Assembly (NCBI GenBank): GCA_028715175.1
Contig: JAQUSJ010000001.1
Coordinates: forward strand, 212,550-276,549
DNA length: 64,000 bases
Direction of reading: 5' to 3'
Source of the DNA: Candidatus Daviesbacteria bacterium
GTDB taxonomy: Bacteria; Patescibacteriota; Microgenomatia; Daviesbacterales; UBA10151
Positions 16,918 through 25,643 of the stretch are shown piece by piece (positions within the stretch are counted from its first letter, which is position 1; each line of letters opens with the position of its first letter). The position numbers and the translations under genes were made by a program. The notes below the pieces were generated by a model. It was not told the origin of the DNA. It saw only the letters and a program-made list of their open reading frames with translations, and did no database searches.

Positions 16918-17498
16918 TAAGTTCTCACATAAAAGCAATTTTTATTCCAGGTTACCATGGTGCAGGTGAGGACATTTTATCTTCTAAGCATCAAATGTGG
17001 TTTGCCTGGTTGAAAGAGGGGTTGGAGAAGCTGGGGATGGAAGTCATTGCTAAGGATTATCCTGATGCTTATCTTTGCAGGGCAAATTATTGGCTGCCTT
17101 TTATTAAGGAGCTTGGAGCTGATGAGAACACTATTTTATTTGGTCACTCAACAGGCGCAATTGCAGCTATGAGATTCGCTGAAGAAAATAAAATTTTAGG
17201 GTCAGTTTTGGTTGGAAGCTATTATACTGATTTAGGTGATTCCGAAGAGAAAGCAAGCGGTTATTTTGACAACCCATGGCAATGGGAAAAGATAAAAAAC
17301 AATCAGAAATGGATAATCCAATTTCATTCAACAGATGATCCCTGGATTTCAAATGACGAAGCACACATGGTTCATGAAATGCTTACCAGCGAACTTCATG
17401 AATTCCATAACCAGGGACACTTTGGAGCTGATAGACCAAAAATGGAATTTCCTGAACTTTTAGAAGCTATTAAACAAAAATTCCCAGCCAAACAGTAA
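16914..17498 (+). CDS. alpha/beta serine hydrolase, RBBP9/YdeN-like
   Basis: GHSTG nucleophile elbow, conserved Asp/His downstream, ~190-aa size typical of the family. Confidence 0.65.
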   Translation: MISSHIKAIFIPGYHGAGEDILSSKHQMWFAWLKEGLEKLGMEVIAKDYPDAYLCRANYWLPFIKELGADENTILFGHSTGAIAAMRFAEENKILGSVLVGSYYTDLGDSEEKASGYFDNPWQWEKIKNNQKWIIQFHSTDDPWISNDEAHMVHEMLTSELHEFHNQGHFGADRPKMEFPELLEAIKQKFPAKQ

Positions 17499-17685
17499 TT
17501 TTGTCTATGCTTATTAGCAATTTGTGCACAAACCTGACTTGAGGGGTTACTGGAAACAACCACGTTATTAATATCTTTGCCAAACAGTTACGAATTTTGA
17601 TTTTTCTTCAAGAATCTTGACTCCCCAATCATTAAATCTCCAATAGCCGTATTGGTCTCCCTTTTGAATGATAGCAGTTTTTTCA

Positions 17686-17958
17686 CTAGTTAAAGTTTTT
17701 ATCAGGATTTTCCCAGATAATTACGTCTGTTTCTGTTTTGGTCCACTCTGGATAATCGTTAATGGCATTCTTGCATGCGGTTTGCAGCATGCTGTTATCA
17801 TTTGGGGATTTTGAACTGTTGTTTATGTTAAGCAACCCGTTATTTTGATTAGTTTTTTGTAGGGTGGGAAAAAGCAAAAGACAGCCGATACCAACTACGG
17901 CAATAATTGCAATTACAATCAGGATTGCTATTCCTTTTTGTCGTTGCGAAACATTCAT
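17686..17958 (-). CDS. hypothetical small secreted/membrane-anchored protein
   Basis: 90-aa ORF with N-terminal TM (IAILIVIAIIAVVGIGCLLLF). Confidence 0.4.
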   Translation of the reverse strand: MNVSQRQKGIAILIVIAIIAVVGIGCLLLFPTLQKTNQNNGLLNINNSSKSPNDNSMLQTACKNAINDYPEWTKTETDVIIWENPDKNFN

Positions 17959-18056
17959 ATTTTTAAGTATAGCATTTTATTATACTGTCTCACTTGCCTA
18001 TCCGAAGCCTTGTGCGGAGGATGGTTTAGCTGCGAGTTGAAGGATATAATGTAAGC

Positions 18057-18311
18057 ATGTATACGGTTTATATCCTAAGAACATCTTTAAATACTTTATA
18101 CATCGGTCAAACAAACAATCTAGAAAAAAGGTTAAAAGAACATCAAAATAAAAGCTCCAAATCAGCTAAATATATTCGTTATTTTCAATCTTCGCAGCTG
18201 GTTTATTCGGAAGAGTACGGGACTAAAATTGAAGCCATGGGTAGAGAATACGAGTTGAAACAGTGGACAAAAGCTAAAAAAGAAGCTTTAATTGCAGGGG
18301 GGATGAGATAA
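18057..18311 (+). CDS. GIY-YIG domain nuclease (small UPF0213-type), second copy
   Basis: YTVYILRT...LYIGQTNNLEKRLKEH motif; TATAAT at about 18040. Confidence 0.7.
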   Translation: MYTVYILRTSLNTLYIGQTNNLEKRLKEHQNKSSKSAKYIRYFQSSQLVYSEEYGTKIEAMGREYELKQWTKAKKEALIAGGMR

Positions 18312-18332
18312 TATTGTAGATGAGGTATTAAT

Positions 18333-19226
18333 ATGAATGGGTATCATGGAGTTTCAACTAATATCAAAGCTTTAAGAATTAGCGCTTTATTAATTCTGAT
18401 TTATTTTGTATTTGAAATTGCCATTGCTTTATCTACTGGTTCATTATCTTTACTTGCAGATGCCGGACATGAACTTTCTACTTTTGTGGCAATTGCAATT
18501 TCTTTACTTGCCATGCAACTTGCTACCCAAAAACCTACTCCCAAAAAAACCTTCGGTCTTTTAAGGATAGAAATTCTGGCTGCATTATTTAATGGTTTAC
18601 TTCTTTTGGGGATGGCCGGATTTATCATTATTCGAGGAATAGACAGATTACAAAATCCAATGGAGGTATCATCTTTGCCAATGTTTATTATGGCTTTTGG
18701 CGGCATTAGTCTTGAAATAGCCTCACTTTGGATTATGTATAAAGGTCAAAAAGAAAACTTGAATATAAGAGGTTCTTTTTGGCATGTAATGAATGCTTTT
18801 TTGGGGAGCGTGGCAGTGATCATTGCTGCAGCCTTTATTCAGTTTGGGCAAATCTATGTAGCTGATGCCTGGGCAGGTATACTTTTTGCCTTTATTCTTA
18901 TTTGGGCGTCTTTTGGAATAATTAAAGACTCATTTTTCATATTGATTGATGTTGCACCCAAAGAAGTTAATCTTATTTCTATAGAAAAGGAACTTTCAAA
19001 AATCCCCGGGGTAAAAAAGGTTCATCATTTTCATGCCAGAACCTTAGTGGGTTCTATAAAGACTTTTAGCGGACATCTGGTTGTTAAAGATATGAATCAA
19101 GCTGGAGGCATTCTTAAAAAAGCCAAACAGATCCTTGATAAAAAACATGGCTTTTCTCTATCAACCGTTCAAATAGAGGATGAAAATCTTTCAGAGACAG
19201 ACATTAAACAGTTAGAATATAAATAA
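18333..19226 (+). CDS. cation diffusion facilitator (CDF) family metal efflux transporter
   Basis: ADAGHELS and HxxxD-type TM motifs; C-terminal cytoplasmic domain. Confidence 0.75.
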   Translation: MNGYHGVSTNIKALRISALLILIYFVFEIAIALSTGSLSLLADAGHELSTFVAIAISLLAMQLATQKPTPKKTFGLLRIEILAALFNGLLLLGMAGFIIIRGIDRLQNPMEVSSLPMFIMAFGGISLEIASLWIMYKGQKENLNIRGSFWHVMNAFLGSVAVIIAAAFIQFGQIYVADAWAGILFAFILIWASFGIIKDSFFILIDVAPKEVNLISIEKELSKIPGVKKVHHFHARTLVGSIKTFSGHLVVKDMNQAGGILKKAKQILDKKHGFSLSTVQIEDENLSETDIKQLEYK

Positions 19227-19363
19227 GTGTTACAAGTCATACGGATATTCAATCTCAGGATTGGGAATACTTGTCGGCGCTTTTTATGGATTTGTTGAAG
19301 GTTTTGTGTGACTTGGAGCATTTGCCTGGTTGTATAATAAGTTATTAAAGAGGTAATCTTTAA

Positions 19364-20218
19364 ATGAATAAAAAACAATCTGTTGCGCTAAGTTCTGTTT
19401 TTGCAAGCATTGCTTTAACTGTGCTTAAGCTTGTTGTCGGGTTGACAACAGGCAGTATGGGAATTTTATCTGAAGCAGCCCACTCTTTTTTGGATTTTGG
19501 AGCAGCGCTGTTGACATTTTTTGCGGTAAGAGTTGGAGATAAAGAAGCTGATGAGAGTCACCATTTCGGTCATGAAAAGATAGAAAGCGTCTCTGCTTTA
19601 ATTGAAACAGGTTTGCTTTTTTTAACCAGCGCCTGGATTATTTATGAAGCAGTAAAAAGGTTGAGCACCGGAAAAGTGGAAATAGAAGTTACCTGGTATG
19701 CCTTTGCGGTAATGGCATTTTCTATAATTGTAGATTACTCCCGTTCACGGGCACTCAAGAAAGTAGCAAAGGAAACAAAAAGCCAGGCTTTGGAGGCAGA
19801 TGCTCTTCATTTTAGCTCGGATATTTTAAGCTCTTTGACGGTAATAGCAGGCTTGATCTTTGTTTGGTTGGGAATTGCCAAAGCTGATGCTATTGCAGCA
19901 ATTGGTGTTTCTTTATTTGTATTGCGCGTCGGGTATAGTTTAGGAAAAAGAACAATAGATGTATTAGTTGATACTGTGCCCTCTGGTTTATCAGAAAGAA
20001 TTATTGATCTTGTTCAACTGGTAGAAGGGGTTATTGCTATTAAACGGATACGCGTCAGACCGGCAGGCATTACTATTTTTATTGATATAACAATTACTGT
20101 AAGCGCTAAATTATCAATAACCAAAGCGCATGCTATTTCTGATAAAATTGAAAATAAAATCAAAAATTCGATTCCGGAGGCAGATATAACAATACATCTG
20201 GAACCTCATAGGTTCTGA
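19364..20218 (+). CDS. cation diffusion facilitator (CDF) family transporter (FieF-like)
   Basis: LSEAAHSFLDFGAALL and HHFGHEK motifs. Confidence 0.75.
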   Translation: MNKKQSVALSSVFASIALTVLKLVVGLTTGSMGILSEAAHSFLDFGAALLTFFAVRVGDKEADESHHFGHEKIESVSALIETGLLFLTSAWIIYEAVKRLSTGKVEIEVTWYAFAVMAFSIIVDYSRSRALKKVAKETKSQALEADALHFSSDILSSLTVIAGLIFVWLGIAKADAIAAIGVSLFVLRVGYSLGKRTIDVLVDTVPSGLSERIIDLVQLVEGVIAIKRIRVRPAGITIFIDITITVSAKLSITKAHAISDKIENKIKNSIPEADITIHLEPHRF

Positions 20219-20223
20219 AATCC

Positions 20224-21297
20224 TCATTCAGGATAACCGGTTATTAACAGGTTATCGTCAAATTTTTTTAGAGTGATGTTTTTTAAACGGATAGCTTTTT
20301 TTACAGTTTCTACTCCTTTTCCTCCAATACAGGCAGCTTTCCTCCCGCCGATAATAACAGGCGCTTGGAATGTGTATACTTTATCAATTGTTTTTGCATC
20401 AATAAAATTTCCCAAAGTCTCTCCGCCGCCTTCAACCAGGATGCTGATGATTTCTTTTTCTCGCAGCGCAGATAATAGTTTTGGTATTGTAATGTGTTCT
20501 TCGTTAAATGTAAGAATTGTGAAACTTTTACTTTCCAACTTTTTTCTTTTTTGCTGATTTGCTTTTGCGGTGGTGGCAATCATGACATTTGTGTCACGGA
20601 GGACGTCTGCATTCAGGGGAATTTGCAGTTTAGGATCAAGAATTATGCGTATCGGGTTTTTTCTGCCTTTTAATCCGGCTCCAAGGTTAGGGTTATCGGC
20701 AAGGACAGTATTAATACCAATAACCAATCCTTGATATCCGGCTCGCAGTCCCCGGGCAAAACGTCTTGCCTTTTCATTGGTGATCCATTTCGAATCGCCG
20801 GTTTTGGTTGCCATTTTCCCATCTAAGGAAGTAGCAAATTTTATGGCAACAAAAGGGCGTTTTTTTTCATGAAAAGTAAAAAATGCTTCATTTAATTTCC
20901 TGACATCCTGTTCTAGTATCCCAACAGAAGTTTCTATACCCGCTTTTTTTAATTTAACAATACCTTTTCCATGGATTTTTTGGTTGGGGTCAAGACTGGC
21001 GCATACAACTTTTTCGATCCCGCTTTTAATGATAGTGTCTGTACACGGAGGAGTTCTGCCAAAAATCGCGCAAGGCTCCAGACTGACATACATTGTTGCG
21101 CCTTTGGGGTTTTCTGTTGCTGTATTTAACGCTTCAGCTTCTGCATGGGCAAGTCCGACTTTACGGTGAAAGCCTTGCCCAATGACCCGTCCATTTTTAA
21201 CTATGACGGCTCCAACCATTGGGTTGGGATTGGTCCAGCCCAAGCCTTTTTTAGCCAGCCTAAGAGTTTCCTTGAGGAATTTAATATCGTTATTCAT
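20224..21297 (-). CDS. ribD: bifunctional riboflavin biosynthesis deaminase/reductase RibD
   Basis: Cytidine/dCMP deaminase zinc motifs (HAEAEAL...PCAIFGRTPPC) plus a C-terminal RibD reductase domain. Confidence 0.85.
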   Translation of the reverse strand: MNNDIKFLKETLRLAKKGLGWTNPNPMVGAVIVKNGRVIGQGFHRKVGLAHAEAEALNTATENPKGATMYVSLEPCAIFGRTPPCTDTIIKSGIEKVVCASLDPNQKIHGKGIVKLKKAGIETSVGILEQDVRKLNEAFFTFHEKKRPFVAIKFATSLDGKMATKTGDSKWITNEKARRFARGLRAGYQGLVIGINTVLADNPNLGAGLKGRKNPIRIILDPKLQIPLNADVLRDTNVMIATTAKANQQKRKKLESKSFTILTFNEEHITIPKLLSALREKEIISILVEGGGETLGNFIDAKTIDKVYTFQAPVIIGGRKAACIGGKGVETVKKAIRLKNITLKKFDDNLLITGYPE

Positions 21298-21304
21298 GAT
21301 GTTG

Positions 21305-21907
21305 TTAAACTAGTTTTAATTTATGACCGAGTTTATATTTTTTGGTGCGTAGATAGCCAGCATCTATTGGATTAGGAGGAATTTCCAGCGGAATAATTTC
21401 TTTAATAGTTATCCCGAAGTTTTCGATCTGGCTGATCTTATCGGGGTTGTTGGTTAGAAGATTAATCTTACAGATATTAAGGTCTTGTAAAATTTGTGCA
21501 GCTACCTCATATGTGCGGGGATCTGCGGCAAATCCCAACTGTTCATTTGCCTGTACTGTGTCAAAACCTCGCTCCTGCAGGGCATAAGCCTTAATTTTAC
21601 TCCCAAGCCCAATGCTTCTTCCTTCCTGATTTAAATAAATTAAGATGCCGTTTTTGGCTTTACCTATTTTTTTTAAACTTTCTTCCAATTGATCCCGGCA
21701 ATCACACCGCAGGGAGGTAAAAACTTCGCCAGTTAGGCATTGTGAGTGAATTCTGACTAAAGCCGGCTGTTTAATTTTTTGGTTGCTGAGTAAAACCACA
21801 TGTTCCAGATTGTCCTCGAGCGATTTGTAGATTCTGATTTGGAAGATTCCATAAGTCGTGGATAAGGTAGCAGTAGCTATTTTTATAATAGTTTGATTGT
21901 TGTTCAT
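21305..21907 (-). CDS. ribA: GTP cyclohydrolase II (stand-alone, no DHBP synthase domain)
   Basis: RIHSQCLTGE...CDCRDQL zinc motif; about 200 aa. Confidence 0.8.
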   Translation of the reverse strand: MNNNQTIIKIATATLSTTYGIFQIRIYKSLEDNLEHVVLLSNQKIKQPALVRIHSQCLTGEVFTSLRCDCRDQLEESLKKIGKAKNGILIYLNQEGRSIGLGSKIKAYALQERGFDTVQANEQLGFAADPRTYEVAAQILQDLNICKINLLTNNPDKISQIENFGITIKEIIPLEIPPNPIDAGYLRTKKYKLGHKLKLV

Positions 21908-22386
21908 AGGTCTATCTTTGCTAGCGTGTTGATAGTTTCAAGAAGAGCTTTGGCTGCTTCAATTCCTTTATTATATTTGCCCGTACTTCTTTTTTTGGCC
22001 TGTGCCAAGTTGTAGGTGGTGAGAATTTCAAAGATTATGGGAATATCAAACTCCAGGGTAATCTTCATGAGGGCTTTGGCAGACTGGTTGGCCAGGATTT
22101 CAAAGTGGTAAGTTTCCCCTTTGATAATGATGCCAAAGGTAACTATTCCGTCATATATTTTTTTGGCGGCAAGCCGTCTGGTTACAAGTGGAATTTCCCA
22201 GGAACCCGGCACTTCAAATGTAGTGATATTGCTCCCTTTGACACCGCTTTTGATCAGATGGTTTCTGCAGGCATTTTCTAAGCTTTTAGTTAAATCCTGA
22301 TGGTAATTAGCCCTGACAATGGCAATTTTTAAGTTTTGATTATGTTTGCTATATTTAATTGGATTTTTGGATAAATCTTTAATCAT
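21904..22386 (-). CDS. ribH: 6,7-dimethyl-8-ribityllumazine synthase
   Basis: KIAIVRANYHQDLT...FEVPGSWEIP. Confidence 0.8.
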   Translation of the reverse strand: MIKDLSKNPIKYSKHNQNLKIAIVRANYHQDLTKSLENACRNHLIKSGVKGSNITTFEVPGSWEIPLVTRRLAAKKIYDGIVTFGIIIKGETYHFEILANQSAKALMKITLEFDIPIIFEILTTYNLAQAKKRSTGKYNKGIEAAKALLETINTLAKIDL

Positions 22387-22955
22387 TTTAGCCTCTTTAC
22401 ATACTTTGCCAGAATATCGACTTCAATGTTGACAAAGTCATTTTTTTTGATGGTATGCAGCATGGTGTTGGTCCAGGTATAGGGGATTATTCCAACCGTG
22501 AAATAATTTTTACCTCCCTCTGCGATGGTTAAAGAGATGCCATTAACAGCTACTGAGCCTTTCCTGACCATATATCTGGAAAGTTTGCGGGGAACAGAGA
22601 ATTTTAAGATATGACTGATTCCTTGTTTAGCGATATTAGTTAGTTTGGCTATCCCGTCTGCGTGACCTTGGACAATATGGCCGGATATAAAATCCGCTGG
22701 AGTCAAAGGTAGTTCCAGATTAACCAGGTCGTCTGTTTTAAGATTTTCTAACATTGTTTTATTTAATGTTTCGGGCATAATTTCAACTGAAAACATGCGG
22801 GGAGTTTTTTTTGAAACGGTCAGGCAAACACCGTTGACTGAAACGCTTGTGCCGTTTCTAATTTTTTTACAGAAGTTAAGGTCGGCCGCAAATATAAAAG
22901 TTGCACCTGCTTTTTTCTTAAGTTTTCCTAAATGTGTAATAATTCCTGTAAACAC
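22383..22955 (-). CDS. ribE: riboflavin synthase alpha subunit
   Basis: VFTGIITHLGKL N-terminus and second lumazine-binding repeat; start moved to the GTG at 22955 (the ORF track gives a TTG at 22982). Confidence 0.75.
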   Translation of the reverse strand: MFTGIITHLGKLKKKAGATFIFAADLNFCKKIRNGTSVSVNGVCLTVSKKTPRMFSVEIMPETLNKTMLENLKTDDLVNLELPLTPADFISGHIVQGHADGIAKLTNIAKQGISHILKFSVPRKLSRYMVRKGSVAVNGISLTIAEGGKNYFTVGIIPYTWTNTMLHTIKKNDFVNIEVDILAKYVKRLK

Positions 22956-22980
22956 GCACAAAGTATACCATGTCTCCCAC

Positions 22981-23004
22981 AAAAAAACTCGCGCAAAGCG
23001 AGTT
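22981..23004 (-). promoter_or_regulatory. terminator-like hairpin (ACUCGC-UUUGC-GCGAGU plus U7) ending immediately before the ribE start, within a ~75-nt leader that also carries a 10-bp GAAA-tetraloop hairpin (23011-23034); putative promoter TTGACC-17-TATAAG at 23038-23066 (minus strand)
   Basis: Read directly from the sequence; no FMN-riboswitch-like conserved segments present. Confidence 0.4.
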
Positions 23005-23105
23005 TTCTTGAAAAGCTATCTTTCGATAACTTTTAATCTTATATCAAATGGTTTAAGTTTGGTCAAGTAGTACAAAATAGATCAAATCATTGATATAATA
23101 GTTAT

Positions 23106-23558
23106 ATGATTTATCTTGCTACAGATCATGCAGGTTTTGAGTTAAAAGAAAAGATTAAAGAATTCTTAAAAAAAGCAGGATATGAAGTAGAAGATTTTGG
23201 TGCAAATACGTTTGATCCGGAGGATGATTATCCTGATTTTATTTCTAAAGCTGCAGAGGCCGTATCAAAAAATCCAAGTAGCAGGGCTATAATTTTGGGG
23301 GGTTCAGGACAAGGAGAGGCAATGGTTGCCAATAAATTTCCAAATGTCAGAGCGGCAGTATATTATGGATCCGCAGAGCAAATACCTGGCTTAACCCGTC
23401 AGCACAACGATTCTAATGTTTTGTCCCTGGGGGCGAGATTCTTAAAAGAGGATACGGCAATTGAGGCTGTTAAATTATTTTTACAAACCCCGTTTTCAAA
23501 TGAAGAACGGCACACCAGACGAATTGAGAAGATTAAAAAGATAGAAGAGAAACCTTAA
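23106..23558 (+). CDS. rpiB: ribose-5-phosphate isomerase B
   Basis: MIYLATDHAGFELKEKI... RpiB/LacAB fold; extended -10 (TGATATAAT) 7 nt upstream, so likely leaderless. Confidence 0.8.
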   Translation: MIYLATDHAGFELKEKIKEFLKKAGYEVEDFGANTFDPEDDYPDFISKAAEAVSKNPSSRAIILGGSGQGEAMVANKFPNVRAAVYYGSAEQIPGLTRQHNDSNVLSLGARFLKEDTAIEAVKLFLQTPFSNEERHTRRIEKIKKIEEKP

Positions 23559-24206
23559 ATGGTGCAAATTATTCCTGCGATACTGGATACAACCCCCGAA
23601 GATTTTAAGAAGCATGTTGAACAGCTTAAACATTCCGTATCTTTTCAGGAAGGTTGGGTACATATTGACTTTGAGGATAATGAATTTGTTCAAAATAAGA
23701 CAGTTGACATTACTACAGTTATCAAAACCCCCATTTCCCTTAACAAAGAAGCGCATTTAATGGTTGTTCATCCTTTGCAGTGGATAGACAAGTTAAAAGA
23801 AGCTTCCTTTAAGAGAGTTATTTTTCACTTTGAATCAAAGGATGATATTTTGGAATGTATCAGTAAGATAAAACAGTTAGAGATGGAAGCTGGAATTGCT
23901 TTAAATATTGATACTCCGGTTGAGAGCTTAGAGCCATTTAAAGACAAACTTGATTCAGTACTCGTAATGTCAGTTGTTCCAGGATTTCAAGGTCAGCCGT
24001 TCCTGCCGGAAGCGCTTGATAAAATTAAGGCTTTAAAAAAATTGAATTGGTCTGGTAGAATTGCAGTTGACGGGGCAGTCAGAGACAGCAATGCCAAGCA
24101 AATCATTGAGGCAGGTGCGGACCAGCTGATAATTGGCTCCTATCTTTTAAAAGGGGATATTGATGAAAACCTGGAAAACTTGTGGGAGGTTATTTTAGAT
24201 GAGTAA
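23559..24206 (+). CDS. rpe: ribulose-phosphate 3-epimerase family protein (divergent)
   Basis: IIPAILD...HIDFEDNEFVQN pattern of Rpe TIM barrels; pentose-phosphate gene neighbourhood. Confidence 0.6.
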   Translation: MVQIIPAILDTTPEDFKKHVEQLKHSVSFQEGWVHIDFEDNEFVQNKTVDITTVIKTPISLNKEAHLMVVHPLQWIDKLKEASFKRVIFHFESKDDILECISKIKQLEMEAGIALNIDTPVESLEPFKDKLDSVLVMSVVPGFQGQPFLPEALDKIKALKKLNWSGRIAVDGAVRDSNAKQIIEAGADQLIIGSYLLKGDIDENLENLWEVILDE

Positions 24207-24828
24207 CGGAATACCTAAAGCTGAATCTATAAATCAGATTGCTATTTTTGGCTCTTCTCATATTGATGAGAACAATGCATTATTTAAAGAAGCTTTTGAA
24301 GTCTGCGAAAAGTTGGCAGAAGCTGGATATGTCATAGTTAACGGAGGCGGACCGGGAGTGATGAGAGCGGCAAGCATGGGAGCTAAGGCTGCAGCATGTA
24401 AAGTGATTGGGGTGACTTTTCAGGCGGATCCGAAGATGCATTTTGAAGGAAGAGATCCTTTTAATAGGGTGGATATAGAGATCAAAACAAAAAATTACGT
24501 CGAAAGAACACTGACGCTTTTAAAGGAAGGACAAGTTTATGTAATTTTTAATGGGGGAACAGGGACTATTTCCGAATTTGGCATGGCTTGGGGTTTGGCT
24601 AAACTTTATTTTGGTCATCATAAACCACTAGTTCTGTATGGAAAATTTTGGGAAAATATTATCCAGGTATTTAAGGATAATATGATTCTGCGGCCGGAAG
24701 AGCTGGAAGTTTATAAAATTGTTGACAGCCCGGATGCAGTTCTACAAGCAATATTGGATTTTGAAAATGAATTAAAACAGGGGCAACACTTGTACGTTAA
24801 AGCGATAACCGACGATTTTAGTATATGA
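24199..24828 (+). CDS. LOG family protein (TIGR00730-type, cytokinin riboside 5'-monophosphate phosphoribohydrolase-like)
   Basis: GGGPGVM and NGGTGTISE motifs. Confidence 0.7.
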   Translation: MSNGIPKAESINQIAIFGSSHIDENNALFKEAFEVCEKLAEAGYVIVNGGGPGVMRAASMGAKAAACKVIGVTFQADPKMHFEGRDPFNRVDIEIKTKNYVERTLTLLKEGQVYVIFNGGTGTISEFGMAWGLAKLYFGHHKPLVLYGKFWENIIQVFKDNMILRPEELEVYKIVDSPDAVLQAILDFENELKQGQHLYVKAITDDFSI

Positions 24829-25643
24829 ATATTCATAAATTAGAGGAAACAGCCAATCTAATCCGCCAGGATATTATCAAAATGTTACTTGAGGCCGGAT
24901 CAGGGCATACGGCCGGGTCTTTGGGGATGACTGATATCTTTGCCGCACTCTATTTTCATATTTTAAACTATGATCCGGCAAAACCAGGCTGGAGCGGACG
25001 CGACAGATTAGTTTTGTCCAACGGCCACATCTGTCCAGTGTTATATGCCAGTATGGCTCGTGCGGGCTATTTTCCCGCCTCAGAACTTAAGACGCTGCGC
25101 AAGTTGGGCAGCAGATTACAAGGTCATCCCCATCGGACTTCTTTACCCGGGATTGAAACAACCTCCGGACCCTTAGGTTCTGGCTTGTCGCAGGCTGCGG
25201 GTTTGGCTTTAGCCGGACGCATGGATAAGGCCAGCTGGCGGGTGATTTGTTTAACATCAGACGGGGAGCATGATGAGGGCAATACCTGGGAAGCAGTGAT
25301 GTTCGCCGGTAAAAATAAGCTGCATAATTTAACAGCTGTAATCGATAGAAATAATATTCAAATTGACGGATTTACGGAAGATGTTATGCCGCTTGATAGT
25401 TTACGGGCAAAATATGAAGCTTTTAACTGGCATGTTATTGAGATTGACGGACATAATATGCAGGAAATTATTAATTCTTTTAACAAAGCTAAGACGATTT
25501 TGGAAAAACCGACGGTAATAATTGCCCATACGATTCCCGGGAAAGGGGTAAGTTTTATGGAAGGAAAATACGAATGGCATGGAAAATCGCCTAATAAAGA
25601 GGAGACTAAAAGGGCTTTGGCAGAGCTTAAAAATCATGATTAA
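24825..25643 (+). CDS. transketolase, N-terminal (TPP pyrophosphate-binding) subunit
   Basis: GHTAGSLG, DRLVLSNGH, TSDGEHDEGN motifs. Confidence 0.8.
   Translation: MNIHKLEETANLIRQDIIKMLLEAGSGHTAGSLGMTDIFAALYFHILNYDPAKPGWSGRDRLVLSNGHICPVLYASMARAGYFPASELKTLRKLGSRLQGHPHRTSLPGIETTSGPLGSGLSQAAGLALAGRMDKASWRVICLTSDGEHDEGNTWEAVMFAGKNKLHNLTAVIDRNNIQIDGFTEDVMPLDSLRAKYEAFNWHVIEIDGHNMQEIINSFNKAKTILEKPTVIIAHTIPGKGVSFMEGKYEWHGKSPNKEETKRALAELKNHD

Noticed and set aside
22956-23105. FMN riboswitch upstream of the rib operon
   Set aside because: Looked for the conserved FMN aptamer segments (GGGG...CCGAC...GGATG-type GC-rich cores) in the ribE leader and the divergent spacer; none present. Only two simple hairpins.
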